From NCBI RefSeq assembly GCF_009914755.1, contig NC_060925.1: DNA of 64,000 nucleotides, one strand, 5' to 3'. The translations under genes and the position numbers were made by a program. Below the pieces are notes generated by a model that had not been told where the DNA came from, did not search any database, and saw only the letters and a program-made list of their open reading frames with translations. Shown here one piece after another: positions 13,021 through 29,310 of the stretch; the stretch's first letter is position 1, and the number at the start of each line of letters is the position of its first letter. This stretch comes from the human T2T-CHM13v2.0 reference genome, Homo sapiens.

Positions 13021-14254
13021 AAGACTCCAGGGGCCTGAAAACCAAACTGCCAACTCTTGAATGGTGGGTGTCGGGAGGTCAGAGGAGATGGGCGATGTTT
13101 ATTTTCTACACCGGGCATTTCTGAAATGTTTGAAAGCTTCTATTAGTCAGAAAAACAGTAACAATAACAGTATTCATTTTCAAATTAAATTAGCACACTC
13201 TGGTAACAAAAAAAAGTGTTTTGTATTGTTTTGTTTTTTAATGTGAATTCTCAACACCCAAAGGTGTATTTTTAACATTTGGTTGCATTTCTTTCAGTAT
13301 TTTAAAATCAGTTTTTCAGGCATAGTTATTATTGATCTGTATGTATAATTTAACACCCTAGGGTTTTTAAAAAAAAAAAAAAAAACTCGTATTATAGCAT
13401 TAAGCATTTCCCAGCTAGCATGAATGTAAACAATGTTTTCATTGCCTGTGGAGTATTCTGGGTGGTCCACAGTTTTAGGTTGTTCTTTTTTTCTTTTCTT
13501 ATTTTTTTTTTTTTTTGCTATTTTAAATAGCCCTGTGGTAAACATATTTATGCCTAAATTTTGGCAGGAGAAGCATACGGGATCTTTTAATGAGTTCATG
13601 CCTTATTAAAAACATAAAATATATATGTAACCAATCTACTGAATGGGTTGAACTTGGCCAAGAGACAAACAGAAAGGATATAAACCCCCCACTACAACCT
13701 CCGCCTGCCAGTGTGCTCTGCCTAATGCCCACCTCGTCCCTCGAGGACATCCCAGATGGGTCTTTGGGCTCTGTGGACCCTGCAGACACACCAGCAACCC
13801 TGTGTTAATCCTGTCCACCTGTCAGCATTGACCGGTCCAGTCTGGTTAAGCCACAATGTCTCTGCTCCAGCTCGGGCCTGACTGGAGGTAGGGACCCCCG
13901 CAGGAGCTGGAGCCCAAGGTCTGCATCTTCTCTCTCCCTTCTGCCCTCTCTGCTTTTAGCCCCTCCAGGATCCTGTAGGACAGGATGTGAATCCAAGCTG
14001 CCAAGTTCCAGGGTCTGTGTTTATAGCCACTGCGCTTCATCGAATGGAAGGATAGAAGGGAGTAGGGGAGCGGAAGATGAAGGAACCCTTGGTCTCCAGC
14101 CACTGCTGGAGAGAATGACAGTCTTTCCTTGGACACACCTAACAAGCCCTCTGCCTTTATGAGCAGGCTCCACCCACTCTGCGTGCTTGGCTGCAGACTC
14201 AGACGCTCTGGTGAGGAAGGAAGTTCCTCTGGTGAGGTCTAAAAACCTGTCTCA

Positions 14255-14551
<297 letters not shown>

Positions 14552-15465
14552 GAACCTGTCTCAGATGCTTCTTTCTCTGGCCACTGAGGTCTTTACCATG
14601 AATCCCTTCATTTCTGCAAGGAAAATGCCTTTGAAATAGCAACCAATGTTTTCTCCTATGATTTCCAGTCATCCCTCAACCATGTTTCAGGCCACAGTTA
14701 GGTCACTCAGGCCCTGCTGACTCCAAGCCAGGACTTTTAGCAGGAAACTGAGTATAAAGTGAACCTCCTCTGCCTTTTAAGTAGCAAAAATCTAGGCCCC
14801 CAGGGTGTTGGCAATAGATGTGAAAGGACACACAAGGATTCTGAGCAGGGCTGTCCATGGACCAGGAGAAAGATGCCCCTGGTTGGGGGATTGAGGACAT
14901 GGAGGGCTGGGGAGGTGCTCGCCAAGAGTTCAAATGCTGTCCCCACCGCTGCCACACGGCCTACCAAGCCCCCATCATCCTCCCCCAGGTTACTGCTGTG
15001 GCCTCCTCTCTGGTCTCCCTGCCTCCACCTTTGTGCCCCTATAATCTGCCCTCACAGCAGCCAGAGCATCCCCTGATGACCTAAGTCAGATCGTGTCAGC
15101 CCTCCTCAGAGCCTCAGGTGATTGTCCTCACTCAGTCAAAGCTAAGTGCTTACAGGAGCGTAGGAGGTCTCCCCACGCTCTGGCCTCCTTTGCCTCTTAG
15201 CCTCTCATTCCAGCAGGAACTCTCCACCCTCTCATTGCCCTACAGTCTCACCACCCTTCATGGGCCTTGAACACACCAGATGCACTCCTGCTGCAGGCCC
15301 TCGGCACCAGCTGTTCCCTCTGCAGGAAGTAGCCTTTTCCTAGACTTCTGCACAGCTTTCTCCTTTACCCACTTCCAGCCTTTGGTCAAACATCACCTAT
15401 TCAAGGATGCCTTCCCTGCCGCCGTCTTTACAATTACACTTCTGTCCCCCTTGAGCCAGCAGTTC

Positions 15466-16354
<889 letters not shown>

Positions 16355-17477
16355 ATTCCTGGCCCCTCATCCTGTATCACAATGTTTCATCACAGTCATC
16401 CTCTGCCAAGATACTCTGCAGTTTTACTTTCTATGGTATTTACAATCGGCCTGCCCATCACTAGACTCTATGCTATGTAAGGGCAGGGACCTTTTGGTTT
16501 TATTTTCCCCAAGGGAGGCACTCAATCAATACCTGTTAAATACAGAATGGACTCCTATCCTGGGGGCTTCCTTCCCGCCTGCCTCCTGGAGTTATGCCTG
16601 GGAAGGAAAGGATCTGAGAGCAGAGGGGCGTGGAGCAGCTTTCCCTCCTGGAGTCCCAGGAAGAAAGGGATGCTGAGGTATCCAGGGGCTGTGGCTGCAG
16701 GTGGCCACACAGTGTTTCCTGCAACTGGTATGGCATAGAAGAAGCCCAATGAGGCTGACTCGAAGCAGGCCTGCAGGCAGATCAAGCCCAGCTCCCTGCA
16801 TGACTCCGTGGCCGAGGGGAGGGCAGGGGATGCTTCTACAGATGCCAAGATGGTGAATGGGCCCTGGAGTGAGACACACCCTGGGATAGGATCCAGATGT
16901 GTCAGGATCATGAGAAAAGACAACAAGCCACATCTCATGGACTTCTGAACTGAAATTTGTAGCTGCTACATGGGGGGCTCTTCCATCCCCTCCAGGACTC
17001 AGCCCCAGCATGGGGGGGAAGGAACAATGCTTTTCACATGCTTTCCACATGCTTTCTCCAAAAAGTGGAAGAGAGTAGACCACACCGGGCTCAGGGGTTT
17101 TAACCAAAGCTGATGCCCTCAAGCACCACGGTAGTTAAGTTTATGTATCACCTTGGCTGGGCCATGGTGCCCAGATATTTGGTCAAACATTGTTCTGGGT
17201 GTTTCTGAGGGCACTTTTTAGATGAGACTAACATTTACATTGGTGGACTTCTGGTAAAGCAGATTGCCCTCCATAATGTGGGTGGGCCTCATCCCATCAG
17301 TCGGAAGCCCGAGTAGAATAAAGAATGACTTGCTCCCCTGAGCAAGAAAGAATTCTGCTAGCGGACCCAGATAGCAACTCTTCCCTGAGTTTCCAGCCTG
17401 GCGGCCCACCCATTAGAGTTTGGACTTGCCAAGCCTCCACAGTTGTGTGATCCAGTCCTTAAAATAAATCTCTCTTG

Positions 17478-17784
<307 letters not shown>

Positions 17785-17785
17785 T

Positions 17786-17788
<3 letters not shown>

Positions 17789-17831
<43 letters not shown>
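17789..17831. repeat. (CA)n microsatellite (~21 units)
   Basis: Uninterrupted ACACAC run. Confidence 0.95.
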
Positions 17832-17834
<3 letters not shown>

Positions 17835-19168
17835 TATTTATGTACTATGGATACTACAGCATCTATAATACTATGTAGACATGTATATAGATACATATAC
17901 ATAGTATCTACATATGTGTGTATGTGTATATACACATGCATACACATATATGTATATATTGGTTCTATTTCTCTGGAGAGCCCTGATGAAAACAAGCACT
18001 GAGTTATATTTTATCTCTAATACTATGAACCATTGATGTTTCATTTCATAAGATATTCATATTTGTCTTAATATAGAAATATGCTCAGTATCCTGTCAGT
18101 TAAGTTACTCAGCATGTCCCTCACCAGTTCCCCAATTGAGTACAAGGCTGTTTGGTAGGAGATGCTCTTGGCGATTACCCCACCTGGCCCCGCTAAGCCT
18201 GCCCTCACCAAGGTCTCTCGCAGTCTCCTCCTGTGTCTCAGTCCACTCTTCCTCAGTCTTCTCAGCAGGACTTTCTTTCTCTGCCTATTCCTTAGGATTT
18301 AGGTTTCTCAATATTTTATCCCTCTGCATTTAGTCCATTTGTCAGGCATTAAGGCCCATCATGATTCGGCCCTGATGTACTTCTCCAGCCTCGCTTCTAA
18401 GCAATCCCCTGAGCACGTGTCCTTAGCCAAATGCACTCACAGTCAGATAACCACAAACCCTTTCTGAGCACCTGCTATAAGACAAGTCTCGACCCATTTG
18501 CCCTTTCCAGAAGATGCTGTGTAGTTTCCTGCCCCCATGCCTCATTTTCACCCTGCTATTCCCTTTCCAGGCTTCGCTTTCTCCCCACTCCTTTCTTTAC
18601 TTGGAAAACTCCCATCCATCCTTCAAAGCCCAGCTCAGATGTCCCACCTGAACTTCTGTTCTTGGCAGTGTGGTCAACCAGATACCCTAAACAACTCTCC
18701 CCATGCAAACAACCTCAATGCTGGATAAAGTTCTTTTTAATCCTTTTAAAGGCATCAATGAACTGGCACAAAATTATGAAATCCAAAGAGGCCAAAAACA
18801 AAGAGACAGAAGGATTCCTAGGCAGTGAGAAGCACCCAAACTAGCATTTTTCCCCAAAGTTTCACAAAACCCTGGAGACATTCACAGGAGATAAAGCCCA
18901 GAGCCAACCACGGTGATAGGCCTAATAGAAGAGTCCAGCATAAAATGAGAACCCCAAAGGACTATACCCTTTGTGAATGGCTGAATAATAAATAAACATG
19001 CTGTAAAGAGAGGAGCAACAAGAAAACATGTCTGTCCCAAACTCAGCGCCAGGTGAACAGAGGAAATACTGTGAAAACAAATTGTAACTATTTCTTATGG
19101 ATTTGGAGTCAAATTTATGATATACATGACCAAAACTTCAAATAGAACATTTAATAAAAAGTGATTCT

Positions 19169-19448
19169 GGACTGGGTGTGGTGGCTCATGCCTGTAATCC
19201 CGGCACTTTGGGAGGCCAAGACAGGAGGATCACAAAGTCAGGAGATCGAGACCATCTTGGCCAACATGGTGAAACCCCACCTCTACTAAAAATACAAAAA
19301 TTAGCTGGGTGTGGTGGTACTTGCCTGTAATCCCAGCTACTCAGGAGGCTGAGGCAGGAGAATGGCTTGAACCCAGGAGGCAGTGAGCCGAGCTCACATC
19401 ACTGCACTTCAGCCTGGAGACAGAGTGAGACTCCGTCTTAAAAAAAAA
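19169..19448 (+). mobile_element. Alu (AluSc-like)
   Basis: Full dimer; TSD aa(a/g)agtgattctg on both sides. Confidence 0.95.
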
Positions 19449-21071
19449 GAGTGATTCTGAGTTGCTAGTGGTCCCAAGTGATGAGAAGCAACCAATACAA
19501 GTTGAAAGAATGCAACCTCTAAGGAACATGAGCTCACAGAACACACAAGAAAACAAAGCACCATGAGTGAGAGCCCACAGAAACTGCAGACAACAAAATC
19601 AGACCCATGACGGCTCCAGATGTTAGACTTATTAGCCATGAGCTATAAAAGAGCTATATCTAATATATATAATGCAATAAAAGAGAAGATTGAAAATATA
19701 AGCAAGGAATAAGAGACTATAGAAAAATGACTAAGCAAATTTTAGAAAGAAGGAAAATGGTAGTCCAGAAACAGTTGAAGAGAATATTAGTGAACTGAAA
19801 GATATTGCTGAAGAATGTGGCACAGAAAAGTGATGAGATAAAAATACGAAAGAAAGGCTAAGAGACATGGGGAATGAGTGAGAAAACTGAATCAATAATC
19901 CCATCAGGGTTCTGAAGGGGATAACAGGAGCAAAGGAAATGAAGAAATACTTGAAGAAAATTATCCAGACTTCTTGAAAGACAACAATTTTCATCCCAAA
20001 AACATTAAATGAGATAAATAAAAAAAGAGAGCCATGCTGAAACACATATAGTAAAACTGCAGAGTACCAAAAGAAAGAGAGAAAGAAAATATTCAAAACA
20101 GCCAGAGGAAAAAGATACAGATGTCTATAAAACAAGGATGGCTGACTTCTCAACAGCAATGATGGTAGCTAGAAAAAGACAGTGAAATACTATTTTCATT
20201 GTGCTGAGAAAAATTAACTGTCAACATAGAAGGCTAGCAAACCTATCTTTTAAGAAGGAGAGAAAAATAAAGACATTTTCAGACAAGCAGAGACTGTCAC
20301 CAGCAGGAAGAAAATTCTAAAACATTCCTTTTCCAGACAAAACGAAACTTACCCTCAGGAGAGGTAAACTCTAAAGGAAGTGGGTTAAGCAGAAGGAAAA
20401 TAAATTCCAATATAAGGACTGACAGACAAAATGGATTGATGAGGAAATATGTGATAATCACATGGGAATTAAGCTACCATTAAATGTAAGATATAATGAC
20501 AATAATGTCTAGTTTGGGAAGTTAAAAATAAACAAGAAAGAATTAAAATATGAGATAAAAATCCCAGGTAAGTTGAGAGAAGGTGATCAGAGCATTCTAG
20601 AGGACTCTTGTGTTGTTTGGGAAAAGCATACAAATACTGGTGAACGTTAAACCTTGTTAAATTAAGTAGGCATCTTAAAGCAGCTAGGATAACCACTTGG
20701 AGAATAGATAGGTCTATTCTCCTATTATCCTATAGACCGAAGTCCTGACCAGCATAAAGTACGTTCCACAAGTATCAAAGGATTTGTACACAGTCTCAGA
20801 TCACAAAACGATTAGGTTACAAATGAATTTAGAAAGCAAAAAATGCTTATGTGGTTAGAAATTACAACATATTCCTCAACACTTCAAAATAAAAGTAGAA
20901 ATAATAATGGAAACGTTTAAATACACAGAAAAACAATAATGTTGCTACAAAACATTAAAATTTGTTGGATGCAGTAAAAGCGATATTTAGAAGATTATAG
21001 CCCTAAATGCTCACACTAGAAAAGAAAAGCACTCAAAATCAATGAGCTAAGTGTCTAGATTAAGAAGTTAG

Positions 21072-21406
<335 letters not shown>

Positions 21407-23027
21407 GATCTTTAGGAAGAGAAATTTGAGAGAAATCAATTATTAACAAAAATAGAAGTGAAAGTAAACACATAAAACAATTATGTGCCAAGCACCATTC
21501 TGATATGTATTAGCTCAGTTCATCTTCACAAGTATAAGGAATGCATATTGTTACTGTCCCTATTTTTATAGATGGGGAAACTAAGGCATAGAGAAGGTAA
21601 AGCAAACATACAATAGACAAGATCAACAATGCCAAAAGCTGGTTCTTGGAAAAGACTAAATAAAGAGAAGGCCCACACATGACTGAAATGAGAAAAGAAA
21701 AACATAAACAGCAAGAGAAGGCACAAAGAGACAGCATTAATAATAGGAAACAGATCATGTCATAGAAGCTACAGAGATTAAATAAATAAATAGAAACATA
21801 TCCAGAACAACTTTATAACAGTACATTTGAAAGCACATGACACTGACTCATTCCTATAAAAATACGACTTATGCAAACTGACTCAAAAAGACATTTTAAA
21901 AGTTGTGCAATCATATAACCATTTAAAAAGCTGGATTAGGAATAGAAACCATCCCACAAAGACACTGGGCCCAGATGGTTTTATAATATGCTTTCTAAAC
22001 ACACCAGATAGAAATAAATCTAATATCTCAAACACACTTGTAGTTTATGAGGTTAAGAAAACCGTGACACCAAAGTCAGGCAAGAACAATATGAGACTGG
22101 AAAATTACAGGCCAAGTTCACTCAAGAACATAAGTATAAAAGTCCTAAACCTAATATTAGCATAAGAAATGCAGCAATGTAAGTGTATCATGACCAAGCT
22201 GGAGTTATCCCAGGAATGTAAGGTTGGTTTAATACCAGAAAATCAATGTGGATCATATTAACAGATTAAAAGAGAAAAAACATATGAACATTTTAATAGC
22301 TGCAAATAAAATTCAATATCTTTTCATGAGTAAACTCCTAACTAAGAATTAAATAGGACTTGCTTAGCTAGATGAAAAGCATCTATGAAAACCTACCTAC
22401 ATTGTACATTATGACACAAAGCTCATAGCTTTCCATTTGAAATCAGGAACAACACAAGGGTACCTGCTAGTATCACTGCTAGGAAAGTTAGAAAGAAAAA
22501 AATTAAAGGTATAAGGAGCAAAAAGAAACAAACCTGTCACTATTTGGTTGTCTATGTGGAAAATGTGAAATAATCTACAGATAAGTAAACAATAAAGAAG
22601 TTTAACATGTTTACTGGATACAAAATCAATATATATATTGAATTAAATTTCCATGCATCAGTAAATTAAAAAAACACCATATACAACAGAAAAAAAAAAG
22701 CAAGTATAAAATATCTAGCAATGACTCCAGTAAAAGTTACAGAAGCTGTTTCCAGAGAAAATGAATACTACGTACACAACCTGTTTAGCACAGACCTTGG
22801 CATGTTGTAGCTCTTGGTTTGTGCGTCCTTCTTTTTCCACTCCCTTACAGTTCAGGCATTTATTATTGTCAATCTGAAGTGGAAAAACACTACCAATATG
22901 TCACAATAATTTCTGTTTATCAGATGTCATTGACATGTTACTTTAAAAAGAAAGCTTAACATTTGCTTCATACTTTTGAGTTTTCCAAACACTATCACCC
23001 TCACTGTCTTTCATAATAGCCAACATG

Positions 23028-23160
23028 GGCCAGGGGCTGTGGCTCACACCTGTAATCCCAACACTTTGGGAGGCCAAGGCTAGAGGATTGCTTGAGCCCA
23101 GGAGTTTGAGACCAGCCTGGGCAATATAGTGAGACCTCCAAATCTTAAAAAATATATTTT
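23028..23160 (+). mobile_element. Free left Alu monomer (FLAM_C-like)
   Basis: Single monomer ending gaggattgcttgagcccaggagtttgagaccagcctgggcaatatagtgagacc, then an A-rich tail; no right arm. Confidence 0.85.
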
Positions 23161-23324
23161 TTAAATTGCTAACAGGTGGGCATTTGAGGACACTGAGGCT
23201 CAGAAAGATGAAGTGATTTGCCAAGAGATAAACTATGCAGGCAGGATCTGAACCCAGTTCTGTCTTGTTCTAAAACTGAGTTGTTTCCACCACACCTCCT
23301 GCCCCTTGAACTGGGGCTCATTTG

Positions 23325-23870
23325 TTGATTAATTTCCCACATATTCATTAACACTGTGATAGAAGCTGGAGTGCAATAATGAACAAGGCGGACGTGAACT
23401 CACTTTCCTAGAGCCTAGAATCCATTGAAGGAAACAAGTTGTTAAATAATTGCCATAGAGCTAGATGATGCTGTGCTGTGGGGGCTCAGAGAAGGAGAGC
23501 AGGAAAATTTCCTGGAGGAAGGGGTATTTACTTCTAAACTGGAAAGGGAGTATGAGTCATCCTGGTAAAGAAGAATGGAGGTGAGGGTAAGGTAGAAAAG
23601 TGCAGGAAATGTTTTTCAAGCTGAAAGAACAGCATGTGCAAAGGCTGGGAGGAGGGAGTGGCCTGGGTGTGGAGTAGAAGGAAGTCTGGTGTGGCTGGAG
23701 CCTAGGCTCTGGTCAGTGAGGGATGACAGGCCAGGGACAATCCACGCAGGGCCCAGCATGGCAGGCTAAGGAGTTTGGGCTTGATCCTAAGGAAAATGGG
23801 GAGGCATTGAAGAGCTTTTAAAAGAGAGTGTCGTGTTTAATTTGGGTTTTAGAGGATAGAGTGAACCAAG
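23325..23870 (-). mobile_element. L2 LINE fragment
   Basis: gaacagcatgtgcaaaggctgggagg...gctaaggagtttgggcttgatcctaaggaaaatggggaggcattgaag. Confidence 0.75.
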
Positions 23871-23974
23871 TATAGAAAGATACTGAAGTCAGCACTGGGT
23901 CAGAGGAGACCCTCATACCCAGTTGTCCTGCTTTTTGCCAATCTAGAGCCCTCGTGACCTCATGAGCCCACTCC

Positions 23975-24555
23975 CAGTATCTGTCAGGACTCCAGGCCAC
24001 AGCAACAGACCCCAGTCCAGCAGCTGAGGCCTTTAGAAGTGGGATGATTGGCCCCAGTGCTGAACAAGAGGCTCTGATGTAAAAGAAAAGTCTGCCAGAA
24101 TCAGATCTTAGTGCCCCGGGATTTTCTCTCTACCCATCTTTCCTCTTTGTGTCTGGTTCTTTTTGCAAAGTGGCCTCAGTTTCTCCCACTGCACCTGGGC
24201 ATGCCCCATGAGGCCAGGGCAGGTGATCCCAAGCATCTACTTTGAGCTCCATGACTCCAAAGGCAAAAGGAAGTGTCTCCCATCAACTCCAGCAGAAAAT
24301 CCCAGGGAAGCCTGGATTGGCCCATCCTGAACCAGTTACTGTGGCTTAGGGATGCAGGACTCTGATTGGCCAGGCCTAGGTCACATGCCCACCCCTGTGA
24401 TGTAAGTGGGCTAGAGTGGGGCGGAAGAGCTGTAATTGACAGAATAAACATGGAAAGACCATTACCAGATGAAGGAGGAGGCTCGGTAAACAGGGTGAAA
24501 ATCAGCAACAAATAGCCAGCAAACACATAAAGAAAAACCAAACAGATGTTCTAGG
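23975..24555 (-). mobile_element. Old MaLR LTR (MLT1J/K-like)
   Basis: ctggattggcccatcctgaaccagttactgtggc...ctgattggccaggcctaggtcacatgcccacccctg. Confidence 0.6.
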
Positions 24556-25190
24556 TATAAGCACTCATTTGTTTTTTAGGACACCACTGTTATCACCTAT
24601 AACAGGAACTTTCTTGGACCACTCCTGCAAGACACTGTCAGAACTCCCCTTGTGCATCCCCCTAGAATTCTGCACTTACCTTTGTCACAGCCCTTGTCAG
24701 CTGGTACAAGCGTATCTCCCACACTGAACTGCAACTCCTGAGGGCAGAGGTCTTTCTGAGCCACCAGCCTAGCATAAGGGAGGTGCTAGCAATGGCTGGT
24801 AGTTGAACAACTTAATGCACATCTTCCCCCAACTTTTCCCAGGGCTAACTAGTAGAAATGGGCTGAGAAACTACCAAAACTACCAGTCAACCTGGATCAG
24901 TCAATCCAACCACCAGTAAGTACAAGACGGAAGAGGCAGGGTATCAAATGGTGTGTGGGGCTGGCCCAATAGGTGGCCCACAGGGTTGTTCTGACAATTC
25001 TTTCCAAAGAGCCACACAGCCAAGAAATCTTACCCAGAGTTGGCAGTGTCACCAAGAGCTGTCCAAGAACATGGACACGGAGAGTTGACCATTAGGGAAA
25101 GGCCAGATCCTCAGCCATCTCGCCTCATGCTGCCTGCAGCAAACAGCAACCTGGAACTCACAACCCAGATCTTCCCCAGACTCCTCCTGT

Positions 25191-26804
25191 TGATGGCAGC
25201 AACAGTCCATCTAGAGCAGCCACTGCTATTACACTGGCTGCAGCAGTGAGGCACAACTGGGACTGCACACTCCATGGTGCCAGCAGGAAATGGGGACAAG
25301 TGGGAGCCTCACCCCTTCCAAGTTGGTGGGGCAGGAGCTCCCCAGATGCAGCCACAGCAGCCCAAGTTGTGGCTGCAGACCCATTGTCTCCTGCTCCATG
25401 GAGCAAGCAGGAGCCCTGCACCCCAACCCAAACTGGGCACAGCTGTAGCCACCCAAACCACAGCTATGGACCCTGGCATCCCTGCACTCTTGGGGGCCCA
25501 GGAAGGCAGCCCCTGTCCTTGCAGGGTTGGAAATGCCTGCTCCCACTGCCTGGCTTCCCCCTGCTGTCAGCACCCATTCCAATCTTAGAGCAAAGTCGGC
25601 ACTAAGCCTGGGCACAGTCACAGCCCGGCTGGGTGTGCACATGCTTAGGGCAGTGCTGACATGCCAGCCCCCTGACACTTTGGCCCCCTCTGGACTTTGG
25701 GCACCAATGAGCATAGGAGGAAAGCCAATGGGGCCAGGGGTGCTGAGGGCAGCTCAGGGCTGGCCTGCAGATGCCCCCTTGGCACCTACAGCCTGGGTGC
25801 CATGAGCAGCAGCAGGAGGCAGACAGGCTCCTGGACAGAAGGTGGCAGGTCCCTGATGAGGCCCCACCTTCAATTCAGGGAAAGCCTGAATGCTGGGGGC
25901 CAGGCTGCCAGTCCCATGTACTGGAGTGAGAACTTGTGCCTTTTCCAGGTATGCCCATGGCCACCCATGGAACAACTGGCATGGACTTCCCCACCTCTGA
26001 GGCCCATAAAAGCCCTGGGCTCAGCCAGAGCTGAGCAGACATTGAGACAACCAGCTGCAGAGAGGAGCTACCCACTCCAGGGCCTCCTCTCTCCTGAGAG
26101 CTGCAGAGAATGACAGGACGACCTGCCTGCAGAGAGGAGCTACCCACTCCAGGGCATCCTCTGAGCTATTCTGTCAATCAATAAAGCTCCTCTTCACCTT
26201 GCTCACCCTCCACTTGTCCATGCATCTCATTCATCTTGGACGCAGGACAAGAACTCAGGACCTGCCAAATGACAGGGCTGAAAGAGCTATAACACAAACA
26301 GGGCTGAAACATGCCCCTTGCTCATCATGTTGCAGGTGAAGAGAAGGAGAGAAGAGCTGTGACCCTTCAGGGAGCGCAGACCTGGGAGCTCCCCAAGCCT
26401 GGGCTGTGACTCCCTCTTTGGGGCCCTGCAGTTCCTGGAGTCTCCAAGCTTCTGGGTGCCACTGTGTTCTCCAGTGGCCGCCATGGAAGCTGCTTGCGGT
26501 GTACTTGGTCCAGCTGCAGCCTTGCAGAGAGGTACCTGGAGCTCCCTGCCCCGTTGCAGCAGCCAGCGTGCCTGACTGTGCACAGTGGCCAGACCCCACA
26601 CTCACTCACTCACACACCCCTCACTGCTCCATGCCTTGCTCACCCTTGGCAGGCATGGGATCCAGGCTGGAAGCGTGAGCCAAGCCGAGCCTGCCAGGCC
26701 AAGTGGGCAGAACAAGCCCAGAGGGCCCGAGCAAAACTTGGGCAAAGGAGCCACCAGCCACAGAGGTTTCCAACCAGAAAAGAGACACCCCAAGGATTCT
26801 GCAA
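25191..26804 (+). mobile_element. MER52-type ERV1 solo LTR (~1.6 kb)
   Basis: Starts tgatggcagc; internal repeated ctgcagagaggagctacccactcc; caataaagctcctcttcaccttgctcaccctccacttgtcc; aacacaaacagggctgaaacatgcccc; cacagaggtttcc near the end; ctgt flanks both sides. Confidence 0.85.
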
Positions 26805-26844
26805 CTGTGTGGACAGGTCAGACAAAACCTGGCCTGGAAAACCC

Positions 26845-27990
26845 TTCAACTCAGCCATTCCACTTTTGGGTATCAACACTAGAGAAAAACTCCAGTGTGC
26901 ACACAGTGAAACATGCATAGAGGTACTTATTGCAGTACTTTTTATAGAGAGGAAAAAATGAAAGGAACCTAAATATTTAACAATGGGGAAATCATTTTTT
27001 AAAAGATGACACGTCGATGCCATGGAAATGATACATGGCCTCATTAAAAAGAATGACGTAGTTATTGGCCAGGCACGGTGGCTCACGCCTGTAATCTCAA
27101 CACTTTGAGAGGCTGAACCAGGCAGATCACTTGAGGTCAGGAGGTCAAGACCAGCCTGGCCAACATGGCGAAACCCTGTCTCTACTAAAAGTGTAAAAAT
27201 TAGCCAGGTATGGTTGCTAGTGCCTGTAATCCCAGCTACTCAGGAGGCTGAGGCAAGAGAATCACTTGAACCCCAGGAGGCAGAGATTGCAGTGAGCCGA
27301 GATTGCACCACTGCACTCCAGCCTGGGAGACAAGAGCAAGACTCCAACTCAAAAAAAAAAAAGAAAAAAAAAAAGAAGAAGAAGAAGAGGAGTGGAGTAG
27401 CTCTATATGTACTGACATGGAAATATTTCTAGGATTAGGATGTTACTAATGTAAAAACAAAAGGCAGATGCACAAAAATACATATTGCATGATATTATGT
27501 TTTTTAAAATACCCATAATAAAAATGTATATGTATGTACACATATAAATGCATAGGAATTGGGTCTATAAGGATTATATGCCACCCTGATAACAATGGCT
27601 ATTATGGGGAAGGGATTCAAATATGGAGGAGGGTAGCTCAGGCAAGTTTTTATCTAAATTGTTTGACTATATGACAAAAAGAATATATGCATCTAGCACT
27701 TGAATAATCAAAATTAGGATTTGAAAAAAAGTCAGGGGATTATGTGTATTGCAGCATTGCCAGTAATAGCAGAAAGCTGAAAAACAACCTAAACATCCAC
27801 TGGGAAGGAACCAGCTAAATAAATACTGGTGCCTCTGACAAAAGATTACCAGGCAGCCACTGAATAAATAGGACAGATCCAAATAGGAAAATACTCTCAA
27901 ATGAAAAAGCAAGCTGCAAATGATGCTTAGGGTATGATCTCATGTTTGTGAAGGAAAGACAAGTTATTATATGCTTAGGAAAAAACAACA
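26845..27990 (+). mobile_element. Old L1 3' fragments (L1M-like) split by an Alu
   Basis: cagccattccacttttgggtatc...gtacttattgcagtactttttata...aacctaaatatttaacaatgggg; ctctatatgtactgacatggaaa. Confidence 0.65.
27067..27389 (+). mobile_element. Alu (AluS-like) with A/(GAA) tail
   Basis: Full dimer followed by an A-run and (AAG)n. Confidence 0.95.
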
Positions 27991-29310
27991 GATGCCAAAC
28001 CACTGTGGCGGCAGAGGCGGGATGGATGAACCCTTGAAGACTCACAGAGCCAGGTTCAGTCCCTGCTCTGGAACCAGCTGGGTGGCCTTGGGGGTCACTC
28101 TAATATTCTGAGCCTCCATTACCTGTCCTTTAAAACAGGACAATGGCAGAATCTACCTTGCAGTGTTGATGACAGGACTGAAGGATCTAGTGAATCTGAA
28201 GGGGTCTACCCATGGGCATGATTCAGCGAGCTCACTCTAATTAATATCTGCAGTATCTCATCTAGGAGGTGGGTTTCGGGCTTGGGGGACAAAACACTTA
28301 AAATCCTTACACTCTTCTACACTGCTTGAATTTTAACAGGGAGCTTGCATCACTTTCATATTTTAAAAAACTAATAAAAACTAAAAAGAGAATCCAGCCC
28401 AGCAGTTGCCTGCGATTAGTCCATTCCCCTGGGTTCTCCACCCCCATTGCTGTCCTCACACAAAGTTCCCAGGCCTGCCATGCCAGCCATCCCCAACTAC
28501 AACCTATGAGTGCATGTGCCTGGCCACCGCCAGCTCTCACCTCGAGAAAATTGCTTGCAAGACTGTGATTATGGAGAAGCGCAGACAAAATAAGCTGGGC
28601 CCTCAGGGAACAATGATCCCTCCCTGCTGAGGGCTTGGGACCAGGGGGATAGCCAAGAGGTGGGTGACAAGTGTTCTCCTGTCACCTGCCTGCATCCTGT
28701 GATTTAACTTCATTTTGACATTTCTCCAGCTGAGTGGCAGCTACAGCTCCAGCCCCATGAAATCAAGTGGATAAAAGCTGAAGCAAAGGGCATGAAGACC
28801 TTGACTCCCTGTCATTTTGCCACCAGCTCTGCCAGAGACAAGCTGGCACACAAAGCCACTGAAGCCAATAAGGAAATGGATCGGCACTGAAGGGAAAAAG
28901 AGAGATTGAGAATCCCGTGAAATTGCTCCTTCCTTGAGAGTCTGCTGCTGTCTCTGGTGGGAGGGGGATCAGGAAGGATCCATCCAACTGCACAGAGAAG
29001 ACCTCAGGCTGCTGGCAGTGGAGTCTAGGGGCTACATGCACTGAGCACCTACTATGTGCCAGGCCAGGGCAGGCCGTAGGGATGCTGCAGTGAACAAGAC
29101 AGATGAGACCCCTGCCCCCATGGCCAATCGTCATTATCATCCTAAATAATATCATTCCTTCCTTGTCTACTACATGCCTAGCCCTCCAGCTCTGTGCTAA
29201 GTGGTCCACATGCTTTTCTTTTTCCTAATTCTTGAAAATAGCTTCTGAAGTAGCATTTTATAGAAAAGGAAACAGACTCAGAAGTTTAGCATGCTGCCCA
29301 CAATGAAATA

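Noticed and set aside
21905-22165. ORF with reverse-transcriptase-region motifs (GPDGF, ENYRP)
   Set aside because: Decayed L1 ORF2 fragment with stops and frameshifts around it; not a functional gene.
25229-27086. Many overlapping 100-165 aa ORFs
   Set aside because: They lie in the GC-rich MER52-type LTR; no gag/pol/env similarity is visible.
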